Virus record (IMG/VR): IMGVR_UViG_3300027902_000002
Coordinates: 1 to 48,758 of that record
Length of the DNA stretch: 48,758 nt
Reading direction: 5' to 3' (one strand)
Source: a virus
Lineage: Duplodnaviria > Caudoviricetes
Shown here: positions 1-9,591 of the stretch, in pieces
Position numbering within the stretch: the first letter of the stretch is position 1
Layout: the number at the start of each line of letters is the position of its first letter
Program-made: the position numbers and the translations under genes
Notes under the pieces: model-generated
What the model saw: the letters and a program-made list of their open reading frames with translations, nothing else
Told to the model about the DNA's origin: nothing
Databases searched by the model: none

Positions 1-99
1 GTTTAGTTATTTTAAGTGGTACGGACGCAGTGGTGGTAGTTTCAGTAACTGTACCATGAGCATTAGCCGGGCTGAATTGTAGGTGTGCTGGAAGAGTAG
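1..99 (+). repeat. Terminal direct repeat, left copy (circular assembly overlap)
   Basis: 1..99 is identical to 48660..48758. Confidence 0.97.
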
Positions 100-1417
100 T
101 TGTCGCTCCGATAGTACCATGGACGTTCGCTGGGTTATATTGGAGGTGTGCGGCTGTCGTTGTAGTAATGTCGACCGTACCGTGAAGGGCTACTTGCCCA
201 CCCGCTAAAGTGGTAAGGGTTCCTGTGAGGCTGGTTTGGATTCCACCGCCCGGAGCGGCCGGGTCTTGCCATGTAGTGGCTGATGCACCGGGTTCTAGTT
301 GAATTTCATCAACATAAAACAAAACACCCGCACCCGGATTAGCCTCATAACCTACTTCTATGCCTAATGTGGTGTCCGTTGCTCCAGTGGTTCCTGTTAC
401 GGTTAGCTTTTGCCAAGCACCGGTAGGACTACCACTAGTATAACTAATACCACCCGATACGTTCCCCACCAGTTCCCAGTATATAGCGGTCCCCACGGGC
501 ATATAAACCCACATAGAGGCCGTGTATTGAGTAAGAGCACTGCAAGCAACCCCGGTTACGTCAACCGCCGTGTATGTGGAGTTTATGGTCGTAACTCTCA
601 ATGAGTCGCTGGCTTGATGAGCCTGGGTTATGCTGCTGGCTAATGTCTCAGTGCTTCGTGCTGCGAAGCCCGTTGTGTTCCCGCCGGTGTCTGTGCCTGT
701 TGCTTGGTTACTGGTAAGAATATTTTTAATAGCAGCATTCAAATTGCCCGTTACGAGCTTCCTGAAGCCAACGGTCCCGCTAAAAGTGAGCCACGGGTTA
801 TTGGCGGTTGTTTCGGAGCCCTGTTCTGTTAAGTCGGTTGCTGAGTTATCCCCACAGACCAAGCCACCCGTATAGGACGTGGATGTGGATGCAGCTCGGT
901 ATCCGACCTCTACTACAAGGCGGTCTCCAAGGGTCGGCGTTACGTTCGTAAGCGTTATACTGAAGTTCTCATTAACATCCTGCCACCCACGGTTAGCCGC
1001 TGTACCTGTTGCCATCTCTGGCGGTGCGGCTGCGGTGTTATCACTTGCTGCTACCGCTGCAATCAAATCCCCAGCGTGTGAGGCTTTTTCTGAGCCATCA
1101 TTATTAACGATTCGAGCGTGGATAGCATTGGTCGCATTAAACAAAGCGTTGGACTCTATGCTCCGCATTTGCCCTTTAATAGTCCCTGAGATAGGATTAG
1201 CACTAAGGGGGTCTGATACATACTGTATAAGGCCCTTAGTAGATGGGTTGGTGCTGGATACCTTACTGCGGGCCTTAGTGGCCATGGCACTACTTATCTT
1301 ATCCGCCTTGAGTATGAGCTTGTATTTGTCCATCGTCGTGATAGACGTCCACAAACTGGAGCCGGCGACCGTTACGGGTGCCGCTCCGCTACTGGGTAGA
1401 TAAAAAGTCGTTGCCAT
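1..1417 (-). CDS. 5' part of a ~1027-aa virion fibre/adhesin; continues across the junction into 48660..46993
   Basis: ATG at 1417 (MATTFYLPSSGAAP...) with upstream GGAG; open to base 2 and in frame with the 46993..48597 ORF; CBM-like segment (YTASMWVY...WQKLTVT...FYVDEIQLE) followed by Thr/Gly/Ile-rich repeats; absent from the ORF track. Confidence 0.88.
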   Translation of the reverse strand, partial: MATTFYLPSSGAAPVTVAGSSLWTSITTMDKYKLILKADKISSAMATKARSKVSSTNPSTKGLIQYVSDPLSANPISGTIKGQMRSIESNALFNATNAIHARIVNNDGSEKASHAGDLIAAVAASDNTAAAPPEMATGTAANRGWQDVNENFSITLTNVTPTLGDRLVVEVGYRAASTSTSYTGGLVCGDNSATDLTEQGSETTANNPWLTFSGTVGFRKLVTGNLNAAIKNILTSNQATGTDTGGNTTGFAARSTETLASSITQAHQASDSLRVTTINSTYTAVDVTGVACSALTQYTASMWVYMPVGTAIYWELVGNVSGGISYTSGSPTGAWQKLTVTGTTGATDTTLGIEVGYEANPGAGVLFYVDEIQLEPGASATTWQDPAAPGGGIQTSLTGTLTTLAGGQVALHGTVDITTTTAAHLQYNPANVHGTIGATTTLPAHLQFSPANAHGTVTETTTTASVPLKITK

Positions 1418-1432
1418 TTATTTAATACTCCC

Positions 1433-1747
1433 CTAATAATTAGCCAACGCTATTGCCTTTACATTGGATTCCCATGTCTGATGAGCCGTTGACCAGTCTT
1501 TAATGTTCCCTACATAGTTTACTGTTCCAGATATGGTTACAAAAGTTCCGGTTCGTCCATTGGTAACATCATCATAAGTCTTTTCAACGTCCACGTCTAA
1601 ACCCGCTGCGATTAATCTATCCCTCGCATTTCTGAGCTGTGCTGGGGTGTACTTATCATCTAAGCCGGTTACATACAGTTTAATATACACGTCGATGGTA
1701 GTTCCGGTGTTGTTGCTTCGTCCGCGTTCTATTACTTCAATCGTCAT
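1433..1747 (-). CDS. Hypothetical virion-associated protein (104 aa)
   Basis: Tightly packed in the structural operon. Confidence 0.7.
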   Translation of the reverse strand: MTIEVIERGRSNNTGTTIDVYIKLYVTGLDDKYTPAQLRNARDRLIAAGLDVDVEKTYDDVTNGRTGTFVTISGTVNYVGNIKDWSTAHQTWESNVKAIALANY

Positions 1748-1760
1748 ATATATTGCCTTT

Positions 1761-2120
1761 TTAGCAACTTTTGCCGGCTAAGGTTACGTAAGTGTGAGTA
1801 ATACCACCGGAGCCGCTGAATGTCATCATAAGGCGGGCTGTCTTAGCGACAACTGCCCCAAAATCATATTTGAATGCTCCGCTTGGTATGAGAGTTGGTG
1901 ATACTGTTGTATGGTCGAAATAAACCCCTGTGATAGGGTCTTTAACTTGAAGTTTGGCCGTCATAACCGGGCTTCCTGAGCTTGCGGTTGAGGCTTGGAA
2001 GTACGCAGATATGTTATAAACACCGGAGATGTCAAAGTCTTGACCGGTTACTGTTGCGGTGAATGCTGAATCTGTTAATACAGGTGTTGTGGCTGTATAG
2101 TTCTTAGTTTTCTCTATCAT
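1761..2120 (-). CDS. Putative structural beta-sandwich protein (119 aa)
   Basis: AGGAG RBS; Thr/Ser-rich beta-strand pattern; position after capsid genes. Confidence 0.7.
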   Translation of the reverse strand: MIEKTKNYTATTPVLTDSAFTATVTGQDFDISGVYNISAYFQASTASSGSPVMTAKLQVKDPITGVYFDHTTVSPTLIPSGAFKYDFGAVVAKTARLMMTFSGSGGITHTYVTLAGKSC

Positions 2121-2144
2121 GCCTTCTAACTCCTTATAAATTTA

Positions 2145-2179
2145 TAAAAAAAATATGTAGAAGACCCGTTGCAGGGTCT
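2145..2179 (-). terminator. Putative terminator after capsid/decoration genes
   Basis: AGACCC (2162-2167) / GGGTCT (2174-2179) hairpin followed on the minus strand by a T tract. Confidence 0.5.
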
Positions 2180-2186
2180 CCGTTAC

Positions 2187-2504
2187 TTAAATACCGAATG
2201 CTATCCAACTAACAAGAACAGCGGGACTTGCAGCAACCGAGATGTTCCCATTGAGTAGGGGTGTGGCTGATACTGCGGCTGTCATGGTCGGAGTAACCGG
2301 ACTGGAGACAACGAAGCCCATTCCGAGTACCGTTGTGAATCCTGTGGCTAATGGTGTGCCCGCTACTGGAGCGGACTGCATTGTGCCACCGGTTACAAGA
2401 ATACCCGGAGTGGCTGGGTTCCCAGCCATCTTGGCTATCTCAGTGTGGATTTTAGCCCATTTATCACCCGGTGCGGTTCTTAATTGCTTGGTGGTTCTAA
2501 CCAT
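2187..2504 (-). CDS. Putative head decoration/fibre-base protein (105 aa)
   Basis: GGAGG RBS; directly after the major capsid gene; small and beta-rich. Confidence 0.65.
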   Translation of the reverse strand: MVRTTKQLRTAPGDKWAKIHTEIAKMAGNPATPGILVTGGTMQSAPVAGTPLATGFTTVLGMGFVVSSPVTPTMTAAVSATPLLNGNISVAASPAVLVSWIAFGI

Positions 2505-2529
2505 TGTTTATACCTCCATCCAAGCCTTA

Positions 2530-3444
2530 TTAGATTCCAGATGACTTGTAGGTTATTGCGTTGGGCACCTTTAGGGCTATACCCATTTCTGCGAAGATTT
2601 CAATCACGATATTATGCGGATATTTCTCTTCAGTGTACCGATTCACGTTAATACGACTGTCCTGAGGGTTGCTCGAGAAAGCGGGGTCGGTGAACTTGTA
2701 AACGGTCCCTGCGGGGTATCTGGTGTCGAATCCAAGATAACTTCCATCTGTTAACTGCGTAGAGTGGGTGTTTACGATTTGCACACCGTTAACGGGTGGT
2801 AATGTCCTTGTAGCTCCTCCTGTGGGGTCGATAGCCCAATTCCTGTCTATCTGTTGCATATATTTCAGGAATGCGTAGTATTGTGTTTTATGGAGATAGA
2901 GCTTATTCAGTTCGTAAGGGAAGCCCTCAATGTCCATAGTCTGTGCAAAGGTCATTATATCAGTAACCGGGTCTGCATCTGAGTCAGTCCATACTTTGGT
3001 TCCTGATACCTCCGTTATATCGTTAACTACTCCCTGTAAAGAGAGCACGATGTCGTCATTTATCTTTTTGGCGATTCCGAAGCTAACGCGGTCGTAAGCA
3101 CGGGTCAATTCATCAATGAATGGTGCTGTACGCAGGTCTCTCTGTGAAATCTTCAATTCGTAGCCGAAACGGTTAAGCGTTCCCATTTTCATACTGATAG
3201 GGCTAACATCAACAGTAGTGAGCTCAGCAAGTTCAGTAAGGTCCAATGGAACACCCATTGTCCCAGCGGTCATGTCTGCACCGGCATTGGTTACATCTTC
3301 AAAATATACAAAAGATGTAGCTTCGGTGTTAACGATGGGGAAAACGTCTAAAAAGTCAATCTGTTGCTCCAATTTCTTGTTAACGATACCTTCGACGATT
3401 CTGGGTTGAATCGCAAGCCGGGGGTCAAGTGTAAGTACAACCAT
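2530..3444 (-). CDS. Major capsid protein (HK97 fold)
   Basis: 304 aa; order protease-scaffold, cement, MCP; capsid-like segments WTDSDADPVTDI and C-terminal GIALKVPNAI; strong AGGAGG RBS. Confidence 0.85.
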   Translation of the reverse strand: MVVLTLDPRLAIQPRIVEGIVNKKLEQQIDFLDVFPIVNTEATSFVYFEDVTNAGADMTAGTMGVPLDLTELAELTTVDVSPISMKMGTLNRFGYELKISQRDLRTAPFIDELTRAYDRVSFGIAKKINDDIVLSLQGVVNDITEVSGTKVWTDSDADPVTDIMTFAQTMDIEGFPYELNKLYLHKTQYYAFLKYMQQIDRNWAIDPTGGATRTLPPVNGVQIVNTHSTQLTDGSYLGFDTRYPAGTVYKFTDPAFSSNPQDSRINVNRYTEEKYPHNIVIEIFAEMGIALKVPNAITYKSSGI

Positions 3445-3481
3445 AGTTTATTCCTCCTTTAATTTTGATAATAAGTTATAT

Positions 3482-4042
3482 TTAGGCTGCTGATGGCACA
3501 TAGCCGAAGTATCCGAGCAGAACAGGCAATTGAATATCTGCCGAGGCTGCTACATAAGCGAGGGCTATCCACTTGGAACAGGTTGTTACAAGGGGTGTGC
3601 CTATTGCTACGTAGTTAGGGGTGGTTGTGCTGTGGCCTACAAGGTCGCCGGCTGATATTACGCCTACACCATCGGATTTAAAGGTGTCCACGCTTTGGCC
3701 ATATAGGGCAACCGTGGCGTATCTTCTCTGGTCGGCTGATGGGGTTACGTTTGCTCCTGAGGCTCCTGTTATGGGTGTCATTTTCCCATTCACTGGACTA
3801 TCAACAACTTTTCCTATAATGTTCTTGCTTGCACCTACCGCTTTGGCAACGGTGGGCGTAACGGTTGTGGTTACGAGTTTAACAAGGTCATTTTTCTTGA
3901 TTTCAGCATTCCAACTCATGCCTCCCTCAACTTTCATTCCGGAGGCGTCGTATATATCCGAAAGGGTTGCGACGCCCTCATCAAGTCGGAATGTTATTCT
4001 GGGGAGGTTTCGGTCAATTGAATATTTTTTAATTGCTACCAT
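3482..4042 (-). CDS. Capsid cement/decoration protein
   Basis: Between scaffold and MCP; ISAGDLV and IALA motifs typical of beta-tulip cement proteins. Confidence 0.65.
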   Translation of the reverse strand: MVAIKKYSIDRNLPRITFRLDEGVATLSDIYDASGMKVEGGMSWNAEIKKNDLVKLVTTTVTPTVAKAVGASKNIIGKVVDSPVNGKMTPITGASGANVTPSADQRRYATVALYGQSVDTFKSDGVGVISAGDLVGHSTTTPNYVAIGTPLVTTCSKWIALAYVAASADIQLPVLLGYFGYVPSAA

Positions 4043-4069
4043 ATTTTATTCCTCCTATAAAGTGTTTAA

Positions 4070-5347
4070 TCATTCATCAGGTTCCAAGCCGAGCTGTTTC
4101 ATGGCTTTATTGTACTCTTCGTCGCTGACTTCATCATCGGGGAGTTTTTTCTGGATTACTTTGTCCTTAGCGAACCCTCCTTTAATTTCATAGTCAACAA
4201 CGGGCTTTGCAGCTTTCATCATCTTATCCAAGGCTTTAGGGTCGGCTTTAGCCATTTCCATTAAAGATTCCTCTTGGGCGGGAACGGCTAATCCAGCCTT
4301 AATATACCCTACAACCTTAGTTTTGAGCTTGTCTTCCTGTAAGTCAGCCAACTGAGCTTGTATTTCTTGTGGTACTGCTGGTTTGGTTTCCATTAGGTCA
4401 TGGACAAGCGTAGTGAGCTTGTCTATGTCTTCCCGGAGTTTTCCAATCTCGGTTTCAGGTTCAGGGTCTCCTTCGGGCTCTACTGGTTCTCCAGTAGGCA
4501 CGGCCTGTGGTTCGCCTGTTGGTTCCCCAGTAGGTTCTACGGGGTCTGCACCCTTAATGGGTTCATTTTCTGGTTTATCTACCATATTAATATCCTCCTG
4601 TGAACTTTTAGACATTAACAACATCTCTCCGTTAGGCTCAGACTTAACCAAGCATTCTTGGCAGCCTCCTCGCTCAACGTAATCGATGCGGTCTATGCCC
4701 TTTAATCGTTTAAATACATAATCTATGTCATTTCTTTCGCATTCATCGGACTCAAACGGTCCCTGAATACTAACAGCGGGTAATTCACCATTGGCTTCTA
4801 ATTCCTGGACTGCGGGGTTCGTGATTTCTTTTTCCAAGATGTATATGGCTTCGCCGTCGGTTCCAATCTTCTTAACCTTACCGATGTTAGACGGGTCCAA
4901 TTTCTTTAAGAGTGGATACCGTTTGAGTAAGGCTTCATCGAAGTGTTCAATGCCCATATTAATACCATCGCTATTCAGTTTGTCTCTCATAAGCCTAAAG
5001 GTGGGTATTATGGTCTCCTTAGGGACTGCGAGGACTTTAGGCTCGCCGTTTATATAGAGTTTGTGTTTACCCGGGGCCCAAGCTTTGGTCGCCTCAAGCC
5101 AATTGGTGGCTGCAACGGTTGTGGATGCTGGTTCAAAGGTGCTGCACGTAACGTTATTCTTAGTCAACCATGCTTTAGCAGCCGCTGGTGTAAACGTGGT
5201 CTTTGAGAATCTGTATGCCTGTGTCTCGCTCTTACCGGCCTTTATACCCAATATTATGGATACACCCGGACCGAGCGTCTTACGAGCAAAGCTATCATAT
5301 CCTTTCGGGTCTTTAACTCTGCAAGCGTGTTCATTCGGGTATGGCAT
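4070..5347 (-). CDS. Prohead protease-scaffold protein
   Basis: Position between MuF and capsid genes; central domain with candidate His (GIEH) and Ser (PAVS); acidic Pro-rich linker and coiled-coil C-terminus; ATG at 5347 follows AGGAGG. Confidence 0.72.
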   Translation of the reverse strand: MPYPNEHACRVKDPKGYDSFARKTLGPGVSIILGIKAGKSETQAYRFSKTTFTPAAAKAWLTKNNVTCSTFEPASTTVAATNWLEATKAWAPGKHKLYINGEPKVLAVPKETIIPTFRLMRDKLNSDGINMGIEHFDEALLKRYPLLKKLDPSNIGKVKKIGTDGEAIYILEKEITNPAVQELEANGELPAVSIQGPFESDECERNDIDYVFKRLKGIDRIDYVERGGCQECLVKSEPNGEMLLMSKSSQEDINMVDKPENEPIKGADPVEPTGEPTGEPQAVPTGEPVEPEGDPEPETEIGKLREDIDKLTTLVHDLMETKPAVPQEIQAQLADLQEDKLKTKVVGYIKAGLAVPAQEESLMEMAKADPKALDKMMKAAKPVVDYEIKGGFAKDKVIQKKLPDDEVSDEEYNKAMKQLGLEPDE

Positions 5348-5417
5348 TATCACGCCTCCTTAACGTTTATTTCAAAAATAGTATTTAACCGTAAAAATTG
5401 GAATCTTATAATCGTTA

Positions 5418-5564
5418 TCACATCGCCTTTCGCCTCCCGCCCTTCTTCTTGGGATTCTTTATGATTCTAATGTCATCCTTCTGCCCCACGAACCGTATAC
5501 GGGCTGCCTGTTCCTCTGGTGTTAATACGCGGGGTGTGGTCTTCTTTAAAACTGGTTTCGCCAT
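5418..5564 (-). CDS. Small basic protein (48 aa)
   Basis: MAKPVLKKTTPRVLTPEEQAARIRFVGQKDDIRIIKNPKKKGGRRKAM; GGAGG RBS; fills the gap; below ORF-track cutoff. Confidence 0.6.
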   Translation of the reverse strand: MAKPVLKKTTPRVLTPEEQAARIRFVGQKDDIRIIKNPKKKGGRRKAM

Positions 5565-5565
5565 C

Positions 5566-5904
5566 TTATCTTCCTCCTTTTTTGAAATCTTCATCAAATT
5601 TATCAGCCATTGCTTGTAGTTCCTTTAAAGTCTTATCGGACTTCATATCCAGCCTCATACGGAACATCCGAGGCAGACTGAAGTTAAACCATAATAGTGG
5701 GTTGTCCTCGACCTTTAAAGCAGCGTGGCCGGGTCCTACGAAGTCATCGTACCTCATAACCTCTAATAAATACTTCTTATCCGCATCGTGCTGTTTTGCT
5801 TTGTTTAGCACCTTAACCGCATCTTTAAACGGCTTGGAACTATCATAAACATAAAGGCACGTTCCGCGGTGCTTATTCTGTTTAATCTGATAATAAAGCG
5901 TCAT
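5566..5904 (-). CDS. Hypothetical protein, candidate immunity partner of the MuF effector
   Basis: ATGA overlap with the MuF stop; GAGGTG RBS; function inferred from position only. Confidence 0.65.
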   Translation of the reverse strand: MTLYYQIKQNKHRGTCLYVYDSSKPFKDAVKVLNKAKQHDADKKYLLEVMRYDDFVGPGHAALKVEDNPLLWFNFSLPRMFRMRLDMKSDKTLKELQAMADKFDEDFKKGGR

Positions 5905-8900
5905 AGACTCGCCATCCCCACCTCGAGGGCTTTTTGCTCTGTATAGTCATAGAGCATCTGTTCTAACTCTGAAAGATAACTCCTCACCTGACCCCTTAAA
6001 TCCTCTGGAATCTGTGTATAATCAATATTATCCCTTAGGGCCTGTATAGACGAGCCGAAAGTCTCATTAACCCAATTTTCAATGCTTAATCTTTCGCCTG
6101 GATAAAGTTTTTCATTCTGGACCGCATCTTCAATTATAGCGTCTCCGAAGAAGTTACGCATCGAGTTACCTTCAGTCTCGCCCATACTGAGCCCGTCGTC
6201 GATGTTAATGAGCCTAAATTCGTTTACTCCGCGGGAGTCCACTGTGGTCTCTATCATGTAATTGCCCATGTGTCCGTCCGTGTTATTGATTAGAACATCT
6301 TTTACAATACTATCAATACCGGGTTGGAGTAATTCGGGGTTATCTGGGTCTAATATCTCTGATGCGGGTCCCCATAGTGATTCCCAAGTATCTCCGCCCG
6401 CGTCTTGGGCATAGGAGACCCAGAAATTTCCCTCCGCATTCCAAGCGGATTCGGTCGTCTCTCCATCCCCTAACATATCAAACAAAGCCGGGTCGGCCTG
6501 TTGCAGCCATTCACCACTCTGCATACGTATATTTTCGGGTGAGGTGAACTTATCGTTGTTGAATGCATCTGTTATGGCTTTTCCGAGTTGCTCGTTCTCT
6601 GATTGCTCGTAACTAACCGCCTTTGCATACCAATAGGTTCCATCCTTGTCTGCGAAGTAAACAGGACTGTTCATGCTGTCCTCAGAGGCATGGCCCTCAA
6701 TATAATCACTTATAGGTGAATCGTAAAGGTTTGGAACCTCCCTTGGTCCTGGTACTGCTCTTAGTTCCTTGGTTGCTTCTTCTATGCGTAGTTGTTCGGC
6801 GGCTGCGTCTTTGGCGTGTGTTTCGGCCTCCGCTACCACATTGTCCCACATTGAGCGATATACTGTCTGGAAATCAAGATTCGGGTTATTAGCGGCGATG
6901 TCTTCCCATATACCGGGACTCTGGGCCCTTAATTCTTGGAACATATATGTATGAGCTGCAACGCCGTCGTCTGGGTACATTCTTTGGCCTTCGGCGAGTA
7001 GTTGGTCCTTCAATTCCTTATACGCCCAGTTATAGTCATCTGTCATGGCATCGGCTAACTCTGAACGTCCGAATATGCCTAATTCATCCATTGCTTGCGG
7101 TGTATCCGTTCCAAACCGCATATAATACATATTACCCTCGGCGTCGTAAGACTGGAGTTCTGCGATATTAGCCCGCATCATAGCCGCCACGTCCTCAACG
7201 TCGAATGCTATGTTACCACCCGGACCTGTTGCCCAGTCTCCTTGCTGGATAATCATATAGGAGTATTCTCTGCTAAATCTGAACTCGCGAAGCAAATATT
7301 CATCACTTAATTTACCCGGTCCAACCCCGAAATCACGCATAGACATCCCACGAGTGTCCATTACTGCTCCTCGGAGCATACTGGTCTGCTGTTGCTGTAT
7401 AGCGTACTCATAGGACGCCGTATATCTTTCATTTGCTAATACTTCCTGTGCGGCCTTCACTACATCCCGGGCCTCCTTATACTCAGGCGAACCCACCTTA
7501 TCAGATAGTAATGACATCTCTTCCTCTGAGAGTAGTCCTCCACGCTCCGATTTGGCAAGGGTCTCTGCTATGGTCTGCACGTCTTGACGGTACTGTTGAA
7601 CCTCCTCAGCAACCGTTAATTCAGGTTTCGCTTCCTGTGCTTCTATTACTGTTAGTTTAACGGTGTGCATGGTCTCGTCAATCGAATCCACCCGGAATGT
7701 AAGGTTCCTGTCCAATAAGAGCTCTGCTTCCCCTTGACGGGCTGCAACCTCTTCAAAGTACCCCGCTTGCCAATCCTCCGTATATTGGAAGAAATCAACA
7801 GGCAAGGCATCCGTACCACTCGGCACGGTTATCTCAGCACGCCAACTGTCCATAGGCAAATTAAGAGTGTCAATGGCTGTATTAAGTCCATCCTCGGTCA
7901 TTGCGGTACTTACGAAACTGGGGTCTGTCCAGACCGTTCCAACCGTGCAATCGTCAAAGGCGGTTGGACTGTACGCCCTAACCACAGTAATATCCTGTTC
8001 AAGACCCCATGAGACATTCATAGCATCATCAATATTGTTTATCTCTTTAATCAACTCTACGTACGCCTCTGAGTCAGCCGGGGCCGTATCACCCGCTAAC
8101 CATGTTTGCAATTCCTCCGGGCCTTTAGGGAGGTCTTCAAAGTTCTTTAAAAACCCATTAATCTCGGTTGAACCCGAGGATTGGTAATAGTCGAACGACG
8201 CTTGCACGTCCTCAAAGTTAGAGAGTGATGTGATGTTCTCAAGCCCACCGGGTAGATAATCATTGGCCATAGCAGCATAGGCGTCGCCCAAGTCCGTGAA
8301 TGTTGGTCGTATGCCAACTCGCCATAAAACATCCTGAGCCTCTGGATGCTCTAATCGTGCTAAGGACTCGTTTACTTCGGTTAAAGTCATCTTATCATAG
8401 ATAATACTCTGCTCTGGGCTTAATTTCTGTCCCATGCTTATGTTTTGCATTATCTGGTCCATTACTTGCTGGTCTGAGGTAACGAGGTTCACTAAGTCCT
8501 CGAATGAAGTGGGAGTTGGTGGAATTTCGGGGTCCGGAAACGGGTCGTTACACCGGCAGCCGAAGTGAGGTGGCTCTGGATAGTCATCGGCGGGGTATGG
8601 GCCGCCCGATTCCAAATCGGCACAGTCTTCACAGACTGATTCGTCTCCTTGCGTAACCCATGGGAATACGACCCCTAATCCGTATGATTCGGTTAGGCTG
8701 CCCTGCTTTTCGGCTTCAATGCCTCCAAACATTCCCATCTTATCAGCGATGTTCTGCTCGTTCTGGAATGCTATGTTCTCTGCATAGGGACGGGCTGATA
8801 TTATATTCTGAGCCTTAGCCTCACCAATCATCCCATTAAGGTGTGTTATGTCATTAGTATTAACAATAGGCCCGAATGCTTGCCCTAAATATGTTGGAAA

Positions 8901-9056
8901 TGGTATAATTGGCTCGGCAGCCTGTAACATCTTCTCTTGCCCTGATAGGGGCATTGCTGCGAGGGATAGGCTCATGAAGTAACCTATACCAGCGTTTAGT
9001 TCTATCTCACGCTGAAACCGCTGGAAAATAGGATTAGAGTCTAATAAACTTATCAT
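5901..9056 (-). CDS. MuF-family minor head protein fused to an ADP-ribosyltransferase and a HipA/PI3K-like kinase
   Basis: MuF motifs WVTQGDESVCEDC and PPHFGCRC; VIP2/Alt-like ART motifs INGFL, VVR, FVST, EAELLL; kinase motifs YAK, NE, NTDGHMGN, IDDG. Confidence 0.85.
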   Translation of the reverse strand: MISLLDSNPIFQRFQREIELNAGIGYFMSLSLAAMPLSGQEKMLQAAEPIIPFPTYLGQAFGPIVNTNDITHLNGMIGEAKAQNIISARPYAENIAFQNEQNIADKMGMFGGIEAEKQGSLTESYGLGVVFPWVTQGDESVCEDCADLESGGPYPADDYPEPPHFGCRCNDPFPDPEIPPTPTSFEDLVNLVTSDQQVMDQIMQNISMGQKLSPEQSIIYDKMTLTEVNESLARLEHPEAQDVLWRVGIRPTFTDLGDAYAAMANDYLPGGLENITSLSNFEDVQASFDYYQSSGSTEINGFLKNFEDLPKGPEELQTWLAGDTAPADSEAYVELIKEINNIDDAMNVSWGLEQDITVVRAYSPTAFDDCTVGTVWTDPSFVSTAMTEDGLNTAIDTLNLPMDSWRAEITVPSGTDALPVDFFQYTEDWQAGYFEEVAARQGEAELLLDRNLTFRVDSIDETMHTVKLTVIEAQEAKPELTVAEEVQQYRQDVQTIAETLAKSERGGLLSEEEMSLLSDKVGSPEYKEARDVVKAAQEVLANERYTASYEYAIQQQQTSMLRGAVMDTRGMSMRDFGVGPGKLSDEYLLREFRFSREYSYMIIQQGDWATGPGGNIAFDVEDVAAMMRANIAELQSYDAEGNMYYMRFGTDTPQAMDELGIFGRSELADAMTDDYNWAYKELKDQLLAEGQRMYPDDGVAAHTYMFQELRAQSPGIWEDIAANNPNLDFQTVYRSMWDNVVAEAETHAKDAAAEQLRIEEATKELRAVPGPREVPNLYDSPISDYIEGHASEDSMNSPVYFADKDGTYWYAKAVSYEQSENEQLGKAITDAFNNDKFTSPENIRMQSGEWLQQADPALFDMLGDGETTESAWNAEGNFWVSYAQDAGGDTWESLWGPASEILDPDNPELLQPGIDSIVKDVLINNTDGHMGNYMIETTVDSRGVNEFRLINIDDGLSMGETEGNSMRNFFGDAIIEDAVQNEKLYPGERLSIENWVNETFGSSIQALRDNIDYTQIPEDLRGQVRSYLSELEQMLYDYTEQKALEVGMASL

Positions 9057-9589
9057 TTCAATATCCGTCCATAAGTGTCCATAGCCTTATCAAGCCTTAA
9101 CTGTTGCCTTAAACGACCACGCAAGCGTAGTCCAATGTCCTCAGCGTTATCCTGTTGCTGTGCAATCAAATCAGCGAGGTTCGCCATATCCGGCTGCTTA
9201 GGCGTGGCCTTGCCTATAACAGCCAATGCAAGTTCGGTTCGTTTCATCCCATCCTGAAACCCTTTAGTAACGTATTCAAGGGCTGTCTGTTGCATATCTT
9301 TGATAAAGGTGTCAATCCTACTGTCTAATTGCTTAATCTTACCATCTGTGCCCGTCTTACTGACTAATATCTTATCATAATCCACGTAAACATCTTTAAG
9401 CAACGCTAACAAAGCAGCCCTGTATTCTACCTCTATATCGCTGGGCTTACCCTCACCCATGGTTAGGTCGGGCTTAAAATCCAGTTTAACAGGTGCTGGA
9501 GTGGGTGCCTTAGCGGCTTCGACGATTAGGTCTTCTAATACGTCTTCGCGTATCTGGAGCCAAGGAAACTCAAATTCAGCATCTGTCAT
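9053..9589 (-). CDS. Helical head-morphogenesis-associated protein (possibly a detached N-terminal part of MuF)
   Basis: Between portal and MuF with ATGA coupling; amphipathic helical sequence. Confidence 0.6.
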   Translation of the reverse strand: MTDAEFEFPWLQIREDVLEDLIVEAAKAPTPAPVKLDFKPDLTMGEGKPSDIEVEYRAALLALLKDVYVDYDKILVSKTGTDGKIKQLDSRIDTFIKDMQQTALEYVTKGFQDGMKRTELALAVIGKATPKQPDMANLADLIAQQQDNAEDIGLRLRGRLRQQLRLDKAMDTYGRILK

Positions 9590-9591
9590 GG

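Noticed and set aside
410-1403. Plus-strand ORFs 410..604, 630..875 and 879..1403
   Set aside because: Antisense shadows of the minus-strand fibre gene that the ORF track missed
4455-4545. EPTG/PTGEP repeats in the scaffold
   Set aside because: Ordinary low-complexity linker of scaffold proteins
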